In this document: positions 24,905 through 38,175 of the stretch, piece after piece
How the letters are laid out: every line of letters begins with the position of its first letter
Position numbering within the stretch: the first letter of the stretch is position 1
Assembly: GCA_051294375.1 (NCBI GenBank)
Contig: CM119268.1
Location: 13,213,770 to 13,277,769 of the forward strand
Reading direction: 5' to 3'
DNA: 64,000 nt
Origin: Paraspadella gotoi
Taxonomy: Eukaryota > Animalia > Chaetognatha
Program-made: the position numbers and the translations under genes
Notes under the pieces: generated by a model
Databases searched by the model: none
What the model saw: only the letters and a program-made list of their open reading frames with translations
What the model was told of the DNA's origin: nothing

Positions 24905-26899
24905 CGCCTTAAATCTGTTAGTTCTTCACGTCACGTAATTTTCATCAAATAGTTTTTATCGTACCGAGTAACGGACATTCGTCATCTTTTTCCCTTTTCA
25001 ATTTATCAGGTTTAGAACAAAAAAGACACAAAATAAAATCTACTGAAACCGAATTTTTGTAAAAAAAATTTTTTTTCTCCTCCGGAAAAAGTCGTAATCG
25101 CGTAATGGACCGACGCACGATCGCGTCCCGAGATTAACACTCCGACAGAACCTCATCTCTTTTTTTCATCTCTCTCTCTCGCTCTCTCTATTTTTATCCT
25201 AACCTCTTCTCTCTCACTAACCTTTTCGCGGAGCAAATCTCGATCTTCAATCTTGCCCCCCTGGTCGCGCCCTTACCAACGACCCCCGCCACCTATCGCC
25301 CACCGTCGATCCAATCAATCCTACCGATTGCGCAAGCATGTAGATTTTCCATGCGTGTAAATTTTGCGCGCGCGGGCGTTTCTTCTCACGTCGCACGTTT
25401 TTCTCTAACTTTCTTCGCCTCAACACGCTTCTCTCGTTAGTCCTTTAGCGACGCGCTCACTTACAAACCTTCGCAGTTCACACTTCCGAAAGCACCGCTT
25501 CGTCGTTTTCACGCCACAAAAACCAATTGACGTAACATTTGACTTCAAGCTTTAATGTTCAACATTCATTTCCACAACTCCATTTTCTAGTCAAGAACTC
25601 GTCAATAGTCCCGGCAGCAATCGTCTCAACCTCGCCCCTTCATCTCCGCATCCTCGTCGACGCATCAACGTCTCTGGAGAATCTCAAGCATCCGGTTTCA
25701 TCTCCCGCGGCTCCGGTCTACTTAGCATCCTCCCCCACCCCACGGGCGGTGGCGGTCGGTGGCGGTGGGGAGGTTGGGTGGGGCGAGACCGGGAAATGAA
25801 GGGAGAGAGAAAAATGGATCCATCCAGTTTTCTTGGTTTTCTCTTTTCCAGGAAAAAATAACAAAAGAATCATCTTCCCTTTTTTTTTTTTCCTGCATTC
25901 CTAAACCTTTTTTGACTCCCTTCTCCTGCATCTCTCGAATACCCAAACACTCGCCCATTAGGAATCTATTTTTATCGAGAACATCTTCGGGAGATAAAGA
26001 CTAAAAAGCAACAACGTCTAGTAACCTCGCTCTCACTCTTAGCCGGCGCCACCTCACCGGGGAAAACCCCCTTTCTATCTCTCAGCCTTTTTGATCGAAC
26101 GAATCGCTCCCACTGACCGCCACCCACGAGCCGACTCGCCCCCTTTCACCACCCCCTTGCGCATAACTTCGCCCCTTCTATCTCCCTCAGGAGTCGCTCC
26201 AAATTCTTTCGCCAGTTTTCGTTCTTCGTCAAAACCCTTTTCTCTTCCCTTTTGTTTTTATTTTCATTTTTCGCTTTCATCTTTCTCGGCGAAAAAAAAG
26301 CTATTTGGACGTCGAGACGCGGAGCGAACCTGGCGGGAAGTCTCATTAAGAAACACAACGAATAAAATAACTTGTGAATGAAAATCAAATTTAAAAAAAA
26401 ACGATGAAAAAAAAAATTAATAAAAGAAATTGGAATTGATAAATATTTAATGATCTCCAAGTTTTTAAATAATAAGTATAAAAAAACTTCTCTCACGGAT
26501 TTTGTCGATTACTACAATGGATCGATAGAATTCAAGCTGGGAAATGGACGATTCGATAGAAGTAAGTACGATATCCGATAGGGTGAAAAAAAGAAAGAAA
26601 AAAGACCGAAGTATTTTACTTTTAAAAAGTTTTTTGTTTTTAATATTAGGTTTTATATTTGACATTTACGACAATAATAAAAGCCTTTTTTTTTTAAATA
26701 AATTTTCAACAAAGTCGATTCACAGAAAAGAAATTATTTTACTGATTGAAAACGGATATATTATTATTAACTTTGCTCGCAATCCTTTTTTTTATTAAAT
26801 TTAATAATAATTTAAAATTTTATGTTTTCGGACAATTAAAAATCGCAGGAACTGTCTCCCTCCGTTCTCGGACCCTTTGTTAGACAACAGCGCCACAAA

Positions 26900-29800
26900 A
26901 TGCAGGATTCTTCGGAGACGAACCCGTCTTTTGTTTCTGTCGGGGCCCATGAAGTCACGGCGACGGATGACCAGCGCCCTCTACCAAGAACCATCGACTA
27001 CAGCCCTTCCTCCAGCTCCAAATCTTCGCGGCCCGCAACAGCATCGTCGACGAGACGACGGTTTTCGAGAATTCCCGGCGCCGTAGAGGACCAGAGCCTC
27101 CAGCCGTTGGAGGGCGAGGAGGACGCGCGGTCTCGACTCGGGAGTATCCGTCCAATCCAGCATGACGGCTTCTCAGTTCTCAGATACCGGTGTCCTTCAG
27201 TTCGGCCGACGTTCCTACGAATTCGAACTCCCCAGCCCTCGGACATTGGGACTCTCTTCACCGGAAGCACAGTCGAGTCCTGGTGCGGAAAGACCGGATA
27301 AAGTACCGGAAGTCGTCGTCTCACTACGTGACCTCTAGCGAGCACGAACTGACGGTACGACGCGACGACATGACGACAACGTCAAGGATTCAGCTTCCAA
27401 GACTAATCTTCCACTCGGATGACGGCGTCATCCGAGAGTCTTCAAAGTTCCAAATCCAGCTCTCCGGACCAGGTGGTGGAGGAAGCTGAAGAAATACTTG
27501 GGGACGAGAAGAAGGCTGGTGACGGACAAGGCTCCAGTCGCCGGATCGAAGCGGAGAGTCCCCCACGGACGCGTCAATCTCAGCGCCAGGCCTTGGAGGA
27601 TGGGGGCCAACCCCACAGCAGTAGAGTCTTTGTGGTTTTTGAAATGGTATCGCGCCTTGGAGAAAGAGTTGCGAAGAACGGCAACGAGGGACGAGGAGGA
27701 GAATGTGGGAAAGGTCGCTGAGGCGATGGGTCGTCTTGCGAGCGAATCGACGAAAGAAGTGGAAGTTGAAACTGACAAAATCGGGAGCGAAAACTGACAA
27801 ATTACTCGCGATGAGAAAGGAGGAAGATTTGAAAGCGAAGACGACGACGATGCAAGATGTCGAATCGTCTGAAGAAGAATATTTAAAGAAACTCCTCAAG
27901 AAAAGTTGCCTCCTGCTGATGTTGACAATTTATCTCCAGTGACAGAAAACGAAGACGCGATTCGAGCGAAGTCATCTCGGAAGACATCTGAAGATACAGA
28001 GAGTGAAAGTTCAGAAGATGAAGGTTTCGTGATTCTCAGCGAAACGATGACAAAAGAATCGGTTGAAGGCGTCTCGGCTCCCATTGCCTCGCCTGACAGC
28101 GACGATTACGCTTATAGCGACGAAGACCTGGCTGGACGTATGAATCGGGACAATTCTGAAATTTTACGAAAACGTGCTAGTGATGATTCAGAAGATGGCT
28201 CCGACTACCTCGGGAGTTACGTCTTTGTAGAAAAAGCAGAGGATTTTAGCATTTCGGATATGAGTAAAAATGTTCGCAAATTGGACGAAGAGCGGAACAG
28301 CATTTATGAGATGAAAATAGAAGAGAGTACTTCAGAAAGCGACTACAGCAACGAAGATGGCAAAGCTTCGAAATCAAATTCAGAAAGCGGACGTGAAAAG
28401 TCTCCACCAATTTTTTGTCTTTCACGATACAAACCCCGAGACGTTTTAATTGTGAAAAATATCGAAACGTCATCTGACGAATCACTCGATGAACCCTCAA
28501 TGACCTCACAGAGTGATGAAATGGAAGTGTTTGTAGCATACGAAGAATCAGACGTGAGAGAATTCGACGAAATTGACGAAATTCTATTAATTCCCGATAA
28601 AAGTTTGATCGACGACGTCGAGGTTTCGATTAAATTCGAAGAAAAGGTGGAAGAAGATCCATTGGAAGATTTCAAATTGATAACAACGGATTTGGGGCAT
28701 GAGGAACCTACTTCTGAGAATGATTCGGGCACAAAGAAACTTAAACGGCTGACAGAGATGTTAAGATTGATCGAGGATGAACTTAAGAAAGAACCAAAGA
28801 GTTTCATAGAAAAAGGTTCAAAAACTGAGTCGTCAGAGACTAAAAAAGAAAGGGTGCCACCTCATCCTTTGTCCAGGGAAACTACATTATATTTATACAA
28901 GCAGCAAAATAAAACAAACGATGAAGTAAACGCTGATCTTGCTATCCCGAATCAAATTTCTAAAGACGACAGTGTGGAGACAGAAAACTCAGGTGAAAAA
29001 GCTGTACAGTCCACATCAAAACAAAGTAGTTTTTCCGATTCTTTAACAGACTCAATTTTAAGTGAGAAACAAAAAGAAGAACAAATTGATAGTCCAAATG
29101 ATTGTTTAGATATAATTACTTCTGATGTTGAGGATGAAAGAGTGAAAAAGCCCACAGAAAAAGAATCAGAAACAGATGAAGATAAATTGAGGCAAACAGA
29201 ATTACATTCGAGGCCAAATAGTAAAACTGAAGCAGATATGTTGATGTCTGAAGACAGCCCGAGTCAGGTTGCAACACGAATACCAACATCACCCATTAAT
29301 AAAGAACCATCTTCAGTTAAGGACTTGATTTTCACATTTGAAAAACGCGTGAATGCGCCTAGTGAAACCACATTTCAACTTCCCAAGAATGAAAACATCA
29401 TCATACTCGAGGAATCAGAGGATATTAATTTATTCAGGAGTGGAAGCAACAAGAAGAAGAATGAAGAGATAGAGGAGAAAGAGGAAGTACATTCTCCTTT
29501 GATTACATACTCATTCGCAGTAATGCAGGAAGCAACTGAGGAACGGGAGAAAGATGAAGAAGAACATATTTCTTCAATGACTGATATCATTTATGAACGA
29601 GCTTCAATTAAGATTTCAGATAGCGAGAATGAATCCGAGTCGCTAGATGTAAAAACAGATGTCATTATAAAAGCAGTCAGTTACTCAAAAGGCGATACAA
29701 TGACTGACCAAAATTCGAATGTTGAATCATCAGATTCAAATGAAGACTCTGAAAAAGAGGATATTGATTTTGAAGTTGATGAATCTAGGATTCTTTATTC

Positions 29801-32800
29801 AATTCGAAAGAAAACTAAAGGTTTGTCCATTGACGATAACGAACTTTCTTCAGAAAATCTAAAAGTTTCAATTATAGAAGAGGAAGATGAGAGCCGGGAT
29901 GATAACAGTACTTCATCAGCTGAAACGAAAGTACTTCAAAAGGAGGATAAGGATATCAGCAATGATTCTTTATCAGAAACAGCGTCTCAAAAAAGTGCCA
30001 AAGATAGCATAAAATCTTCTAATGATGTGGTAAAAGGTACTCGAGATTATGAAGACAGCTCTGATCAGGATGAAAATACTACGGCTGAGCCGATTTCGGT
30101 ACAGAATGTTGGAATAACGATGGACGTCGAAGAAGAAAAGCCCTCTCTGTCTGAACCAACACGGGAAACAAATTTTCAGGTTGAAGACACGAAAGATGAC
30201 ATTGGTGAAGACAGGGTTGTGATTATAACAACTTATAAAATCAAAGATAAAGAAAATAGAGAAGATATAAGAAAAGATGGGAAAGATCCTGAAATAATAA
30301 ATGAAAACATTCCTAATACTGTCCCAGAGTGCGAAAAGGGTCAACAACTTCAAAGAACCCTTGTTCATCTACCAAACATCAGTGAAACAGTCATTGAACC
30401 ACCGTATAGCTTTCAGGACAAATTTAAAACTACTATCATCGAATATGAGAAGGTCAGAGAATCAAAAATCGTACCTGAAGTTCAGGAAAACGAAACACCA
30501 ATAGATACAGCGAAGCAGCAGACAAATTTACCAACTGTCAAAAAACTCTCCGATCTCGATCCTAATTTCATCACTAAACTGGAGAAAATGTACGAGAAGA
30601 AACCGACAAAAGAAGTGGAGGTTCCGCTCGAAAAGAACTGGGTATGGGAATCGATCGTCCACCAGGTCTCCGTCGACGATTCGTCTTCGCGAAGAGAATC
30701 CGAACGGGACGCCGATCTATCCAGTTTCGTCGACGACGACGACGACTTCGACGACTTTGACGACGAAGCATTCTCGTCGAACGTCTCGCCGAAGGTCGAG
30801 GCGGAGGACGAAGCGACGGGCGTCTTGGAGAAGGAGCTTTTGGGAATGATCGACGAGATGTTCGTTCCTGCCGAAGACAAAAGATACCAATCTAAATCTG
30901 AGGAATTGAAGATGGCGAAGGCAGCTGCGTCGCCATCGTCGGATCGTCGCGAATCGATGACAAAAGAGCAAAGCGAAGCGACTTCCCGGCGACGGAAAAA
31001 TTCGCGCCAGAAAGTAAATCTCTGATTGAAGAAAGTGAAATCGACTCAAATCTCAATCAGGAAAAGAGTCAACTTCGCTGTCAGTGATTGAAGACAAACA
31101 AAACAGCATCGATTTTCACTCGGCGCAAAATGAGCGAGATACCGACAGTCCCTGCACATCGGAGGCTGAAGCTGGGACATTAGAATCAGAAGTTCAGGAA
31201 AGTTCCGAGGAACTCGATGATAAGGACTCTTTAGAGTCAGATCATCATGAATACGACGATGCCCAAGACTCCTTGACCCCGAATCACGACGCGAATATCC
31301 GAGAAGCCATCACTACAGATAATCACGCAGCTGAAGATGTCCAAGGATCTCACTCGCCCGACTTTATGGGAAAAAAAGGAAGCTGACGACAATCAATTTG
31401 ACCAACTTCCTAACCCAGATGCCCAAGAAACCCTCCTACCGGATCTCCTTCAACAAAAAGATGCTCAAGAAAAAATCTCTTCAGAAAATCTCAATCATTC
31501 CACCGCCCGCCCAACCCCGGATCATTCAAGGAGACGATCCCCCAATACTTTTTCGTCTCATCTTATCAAAGGATCAAACCGGCCAAGGACTCAATTTATG
31601 TCCATTCGAAAGAAGTTCCCGCGCCCACTCAATCCATTGTCCTCGCCGATCGCCTGGAGGAATTGTCCCTCGTAGAGAGCGAGATCCCCCGGTATCGAAC
31701 GAAAAAATCCTCGCCTTCGCCGCCATCGCCGCCGCCCCTGCCGCCGCCTTTCGAAATGGCCGCAGACGTCGAGGATACACCGTCGCCGAAAGCGCTCGTC
31801 CACTCGCTGCTCAAATCGACTCTGGAGGACCAGAGGGCTTTCGTCGACGACGTCGACGAATTTTCGGACGATGACGACGACGTGTTTACGGACGTGAGTT
31901 GCGCCGCCGTTTCGCCGTCAGTGACGGCGTCCTCAGAGGCGCCCTCTATGGGACCAACTTCTCGTCGATCTACGTTCGATGTGGCGTCTCGATATAGCGA
32001 GGCGACGTCCTCCCGATACAGCGAAGTGACGCTGTCTCGTTACAGCGAAATGACGTCGTCGAGATACAGCGAACAGGCGAGTTTATTCTTGAAGTCAGTA
32101 GTTATTAAATATCCAAAAATAATATTTAAAACATTTTAAGAATTAAACAACATAATGATAATCGGACTTTCTTCATCACTCCGCCCTCCAGTCACTTCAG
32201 TCTTCCCCCTCTATCGCGCCTGCCAGTGAATCGGTGAATTTTCCTAAGGAATCCACGTCGTCGTCATTTTCGTTTCACTACAGAGAACCTCTTCTTCACG
32301 ATCTCGACGAAGCCATTGAAAGGATCAGGTGAAAATCACAACCTCTCTGTAAACAAAATATCTTTATTAGTGAACCAAAAAAATTTACTCCAAATAATTT
32401 ATTTTAGTCAAAGTTTAATGCAAAAGTCAAAATATTTTTTTTATTCAATTTTTTTTTTAGTTCGTGTTGAATGGCTGAATTTTTATGACTTGAAACTGTC
32501 CAACTTCTCTCGGGCTCTGTCAAATTTCTAAATCGAAAAGCACATAAAACGCTGGGAAAAAATGACTGGTTTTTTTTGGGGGGGACGTCTGGGATTTTAT
32601 ATTAAAACTCAAGAGACATGTTTATAACTATATAACTAACTACGAATTGTTTTATAACTTAGTTTTTACATTCTACTATTTTTCAACAATTGTGCTATTC
32701 GAGTGAATTACTTACTAATAATATTAAAAAAGTTCAAAATATTTTTTTTCACTACATTTTCGACGTATTAGCAATCCCCGGTCTCCCGACGATCTTCTCT

Positions 32801-34367
32801 ATTCCACTCCGCCCTTCACCACTCCGGCGTCACCGCGAGGCACTCCGGCGTCACCGCGCGCCACACCGGTGTCTCCTCGCGGGACGGTGTCGTTTCCCGT
32901 CAAGTCGCCAACGTCGACGATCGTTTTCGATCGCTCGACGCCGACGCCGGAACAGTCGGCCTCCTCTTCCGGCTCCGCAGCGTCATCCTCCGCTTCCGCC
33001 GCCTCTTACCGTCTTCCTGCCGCCTCCGAACAAAAAACGCGCATCGACGAAATCATAGACGTTTTGCACGACTACCGAAGCCTACCTCCCGAGATGGCCG
33101 CAGTGCCTCAACCGGCGCTGCGAACGGTGAGTGAAAGTGGGAGGTGAAAACAAAAGACGTAAGCTTTTATTCAGAAAAACTCTCAGCAATGTTAATATTA
33201 TCTAACCTTGTGTTGTATAGATGCTCCCTCTATTTCCAGAAGACAGCACTGACTTCCCCTTCCCAAATTGTATTATTAGATAAATAAAACATTTTTAAAA
33301 AAGAAAGCAATATATGTTTGAATAAATAATATAGATTAAATACTAAATCCTTCATAAAAATATCAAAATATTAAAATAGAAAAATGAAAAATAGTGAAAC
33401 AAGTAATTTGCAAATTTTCATTAAACTATATAAAAACAATTATTTTCCTCTTAAAGAGAAAAGTCTGGATATACATTCTGAGGAAAATTATTAAATAATA
33501 AATACAAAATAGATTTATTTAAATTCCTGAAAGATAATGTAATGCAGGTCGTCCCCTTTGCGAGGGAATGAAAGGTCGTAATGAACGTAATCAGGAAAAT
33601 GAGCGTTGACACAGATAACTGCCAACGAAATTCGGCGCCCGAATTTTCGGAGAAAAAATCTTTGATAAACTAGCCGAATAAATATTATTATAAGCAGCTA
33701 CAGGGTCACCTCAGTGGCTCAGCGTTTCAGTTTTTTTGTTGAAAAGGAGTTTGCGAAGCTTAATTGTTATTATATTAAAATTTTAAAAAAGACTACCATT
33801 TTTAGGGCTCCTGCCTTAATTTTTTTTCTTCCTCATGAAAAAGGACATCAATCGGGGATTTTTTAAGAAAAAGCATATAATAAAAATTACATTTAGCTTT
33901 TGGAGACGAGACGAGTTCCTACTGCTCTGGGTCACCCCGCTTTCTCCCATCACATTTTCGTTTTCATTCCGGGTTCGAGACAGCAGGTTGACAAAAAAAA
34001 AAATTTAGTATCGAGTATTCCCACAAAATTGAACGTCGAAAGGAAAAATTAAGGATGACAGAAGAGAATTTAAGACTTAACTCGATATTAAATTTTATTA
34101 CGAAGAAATAAGGAATTTTTTTTTTCTTTTCTCAGTCGACATTTCCGAACAGTACGTCGGCGATCGTCTCTCTCTGCGCCCCTTCCCCGTGGCGCTCTCA
34201 GCCGGCCCACTTCAAATCGGCGCCGTTTCGTCAAGTAACGTCGCCGTCGCCGAGATCTCCTTCGGCGCCGGAAATGGCGCCGTATCCACCGGATTTGGCG
34301 CCGTGGCGTGAGCGTCGCCACGCGGTCGAGTCTCATTACCCTGTCGTCATCTTCGACTACCAACGGA
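26900..34367 (+). CDS. N-terminal module B: giant acidic exon (~26849-32076) plus exons 32192-32328, 32772-33126, 34136-34367
   Basis: A chain of overlapping E/D/S/K-rich ORFs (including the 1039-aa ORF 27906..31025) is joined by apparent 1-nt frameshifts. Downstream exons are phase-compatible (0, 2, 0, 1). LD-like LDEAIERI (32303-32326) and IDEIIDVL (33043-33066), YSTP, TPASPR repeats and SRYSExTx repeats are present. Confidence 0.6.
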
Positions 34368-35884
34368 GTAAAAGTAAAAAAAAAATATTGATTTCTTCGT
34401 TAATATACTTAAATATATTTACAATTCCTTTAAAACGTGAAAGAAATCAACAAAAAAAAATTGTAAACAATAGCTTTAATTTAAAGAAGGGATAGGCTAG
34501 ACGAATTAACGCGAATCAATCATTGCCACGCGGCTTGATGAACTTTTTTGTCTGTGTTCAAATCTCTCATTTTTTATCTCTTTCAAATTAAAGACCGTTT
34601 AAAAAAAGATTTATTTTCATATCAATTATCGTATTTTTTTCTCTATTCACGGCTCGTTAAGGGATTGACTGAAAAAGAAGCTTCTGCGACCTGATCTCTT
34701 TAAACAAAAAAAAAAGCCTCGCCAATATTTCCACGTTTTTTTTTTGTTCTTCGTAATCGAATATACTTTTCAGCAGCGAAAGGCGAACTTTTTACAGTCA
34801 ACGACGAAACATATATTTTCACAATTTATCGTTATTGAATAACTTTTGGAAGGAGGAAAACTTTAACTTAAAGTTTAAGGAAAGGTTAGCGAAGTGTGCA
34901 AATATAATTTCCGTTTCTTTTTAAAAACAACAATTAGCGTTTTGACGTTTCCAGAGTGTGTTAGCGTGAGTGTCGAAAACATTAGTTGAAAAGATAGTGT
35001 TGTCTGGGATGAACTTTAGCTGAAACGGACAAAATAGGGTTTTCGTGATTTTTTAAACCCTTTAAACCCTTTTAGTCTCCCCCTTTTCCTTTTTTTCCCC
35101 CTTTTTCCTTTCTTCTCTTAAATTGGATGAGTCATCTCTGCCTTGGGCCCTCGTTTCGAAACCAGAGACGCTCGACCGAGTTTATCCACTGATTTGTGAA
35201 AAGGCGGGGAAACCGCCGCCTTTTCTCACTTCCTTTCATTTTTTTTCACTTTATCCCCCCAATTTTTTTGGGACGGGATGAAAACCTTGCTCGAAATAAA
35301 TCTTGGATAAATCTTGAAAGAAAAAAAAAGTAAATCTTTCCCCTCGAATTTCGAAAAAAAAATTGATCAGCTTTTAAATCTGCGGTCCAACGATAAAAAT
35401 CTCAGTTTTTCTCACACTTACAATCGATCACCTTTTTCTACTTTTTTTTTCTTCAGAAACTTACGATATGCTTTGGCTTGCCAAGTTGGCGGGGCAGAGG
35501 ACAAGCTCTCCCGATTCGCGAAAGGGGCGAAGCTAAGAGAGAAACGACCTCAGAAAAACCAAAAAAATTGGAGTTAATGAAATAAATAAATTGAGAGAAG
35601 AAAAAAAAAATTAGTGTAAGTCTGACCTGAGAGGCAGGAGGACGAGGAGAAAGAGGAAAGAGGATGAAGAAGAGAAGCTTGAGAAACGAAGAGACGCTTC
35701 ACGACCGTCTCATTCTCTGTCTCACCGAGAATTTTTTAAAATCTTTTTCGGTAATTTTATCGTTCGAGAAAAAAATGTAAAACGAAATGTAAATGTTTGA
35801 CTATCATCGATCGCCCTCTAACGGCGTTCATCCAACGCTTCAATGATGGATTAAAGTCTAAAAGATTGGACGCCGATCGAAACG

Positions 35885-36089
35885 ATGCAGCGTCACTCGG
35901 GAACGTCTTATATGACGCACCGCAACGCGTCCCATATGACGCATAGAAATGCTTCGACGTCCCATATGATGCAGCGTAATCCAGGGTCGTCATCGTATAC
36001 GACTCAGCGTAACGGGGCAGTGTCGTCGCGGTACCGCGGTAATTGTCAGAATTATAGCAATTTATCAACGAGCAATCGATTTGACCCAA
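35885..36089 (+). CDS. putative short alternative first coding exon (module C) with MTHRNAS-type peptide repeats
   Basis: The ATG-initiated ORF MQRHSGTSYMTHRNASHMTHRNASTSHMMQRN... ends at A|GTACAT in phase 1, in frame with exon 37820. Confidence 0.4.
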
Positions 36090-36517
36090 GTACATATTTT
36101 GTTTAAAAATTAGTTTATTAAAAGTGATATTGCGGAACGTTTAAATGAGGGGTCGAGATTAGGAGGCTTATTCTAAAATAATGTCGTAGCCGCAGGTTCT
36201 CTGTCTTTCACATAAGTGCCACGCTCTTTAGTTTTACGATTTCCTAACCATTAAACGCGAGTCTGCTTATTTTATTTGCCAACAAAACATCACTGCCTTT
36301 ACAGTAAAGCGTAGTAATTTTTTTTTTAATTTAACTTAAAATAAAAATTCTAAAGGTGAGGATGAACAACGTCGGTAGTACTAATAAATTTTTTTTAATA
36401 CATTAATGTTCATAAATTACAATTTACACGGTAAGCTATATATATATAATATTAATGATACTTACCTTATAAATTTCACATTTTATGAAATTGGTAGAAT
36501 TATATATTCATTTAATA

Positions 36518-36709
36518 AGCAACAGCCGGGTTGCTTGTGATGCCTCCTGTTACGGGCAGGGTGAGCCAAGGACGATCTCACTTTGTCAACGCAGAGGGAA
36601 GTCGTTAGGGCTGTGTAACGGAATGTAACGCTTGGGATGGTGCGTTCACCGAGTCAATGGGATTGGCTGAAAGATGATGGATGTGAGGTGGTGTGAATAT
36701 ACCGCCACA
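36518..36709 (-). mobile_element. copy 2 of the structured dispersed element (internally deleted)
   Basis: Collinear with 14703-14954 (GCAACAGCCGGGTTGC ... CAACGCAGAGGGAAG ... TGGGATGGTG ... GGTGTGAATATACCGCCACA). It lacks the 57 nt lying between GTGATGCC and GTGACGCC in copy 1. Confidence 0.75.
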
Positions 36710-37819
36710 CCATCATGCTTACAAGCTAATGATATAGCAGGACCTTGCTATCTTTTAATCAAGACACGTTTATTCCTTATGAAGATTTTTTTTCAGATTG
36801 ATTCGTAATAAAAAGAAATTACTTTAATAATTCCTTCATTAAATAATTGATCAAAAATTAAAAAACCCGATACTTTAAGCTAAAAATTATCTAGTATATT
36901 AAATATTTACAAATTCAGAAAAAGCGAAAACTTATCAAATAAAATTCCAAACTGATGTTTCATTTTATTCAACAAGTTTGATTTTGCATTCGTAAATGGT
37001 AACAACTTTACTAGCGCCGGTAAAAAAACGCTGTCATTTGTTAACCTATGAAGATTATTTTCAATATTAGATAAAAATAAAAATCCAAACTTTATTATAT
37101 ACAAATTTTATCAGAATCGATTGATATGCCTCAGCAATCGTCGATTCTTAAAGTCAGTTAAAATCTTTTTACTTCAATATTTAAAAAAAAATTAAAATAT
37201 ATTTTCCGAAATCCCCTTTTAATAAAAAGATAATTATGTACTTATGAAAATTGTAGTATAAAATTTAACTAGCTCAACTTTAATTAGAATATTCAAAAAT
37301 AAAATTTTTTTAATATTAACAGCTAGAAAATAATTTATAAAATTGTTATCCGCCATCTTAAATATTTCTTAAATATTTATATCTTATAATATTTTAGGTT
37401 ATATTTAAAAAAATTAAAACTAAGAATAATTCATTTGAATCCTAATTGAACCTAAATTTTTATATTAAAATATAATATTTATATATTTGAGGATATATTA
37501 TTAACATCTTAATATTTTTTTTAAAGTATAAATAAAAATGAATTTAAAATCATTTAAATTTAAAATGATTTTGAAAATAAAATTCGATTTTAAAAGCCAA
37601 CTTTCATATTGTCAAGGCATATCTTAACCGATAAATATAAAATTTTAACAGAAATGACTAACTTTTTTATTCAATTTTTAAATTTAATAAAACCACCATT
37701 GGTTTACAAATAACGTTTTACCGGCGCTTGTAAAATTGTCACCATGTACGTTTTAATTATTTTTAAACTCAAATTGATAGGCAAACTTTTAAAATTTAGT
37801 TCATTTCACCCCATCATAG

Positions 37820-38072
37820 CCCACCCAACGACAAGTGCTCGACGTTACACCCACGACATCCGAGGTTACGCCAGCGACGCCCGTCAAGGCCGCAGCGGCT
37901 CTCGTTACACCCTGCCGGGCCCGAAACCCATAACGCCGCTCGATCCGGCTGCCTTACGTGAAGCCGGTAAAAGCTTGGCCGGCCTTGGCTCGGCGCCGAT
38001 TTATGCGGCTCCAAGGAAAGTTCCCGACAGTTCTATGCTGAGATCTACCGGAAAAGGACTCGCTACGTTGGG
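37820..38072 (+). CDS. shared internal exon of the paxillin-like locus
   Basis: Acceptor CATAG| and donor GG|GTAAGT. It encodes IYAAP (YxxP) and SMLRSTGKGLATLG, which has the spacing of paxillin LD5 SMLGSLQSDLNKLG that precedes the LIM domains. No LIM exons are visible in the window. Confidence 0.6.
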
Positions 38073-38175
38073 GTAAGTTTAAAACACCACGTTAAGGTTT
38101 AAATAAGCTTTAATAATACTAAAATAAAACGTTTCGGCTATTCATAACTAAAAGACGGGTTAAAAAAATTGTAAA

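Noticed and set aside
20183-31049. Long antisense ORFs over the low-complexity exons
   Set aside because: They are shadow ORFs caused by GAC/GAA/TCG-rich codon usage on the plus strand.
27190-31700. Programmed ribosomal frameshifting in the giant exon
   Set aside because: There are too many shifts, no consistent slippery site or stimulator was seen, and the same 1-nt slips occur elsewhere in the window, pointing to consensus errors.
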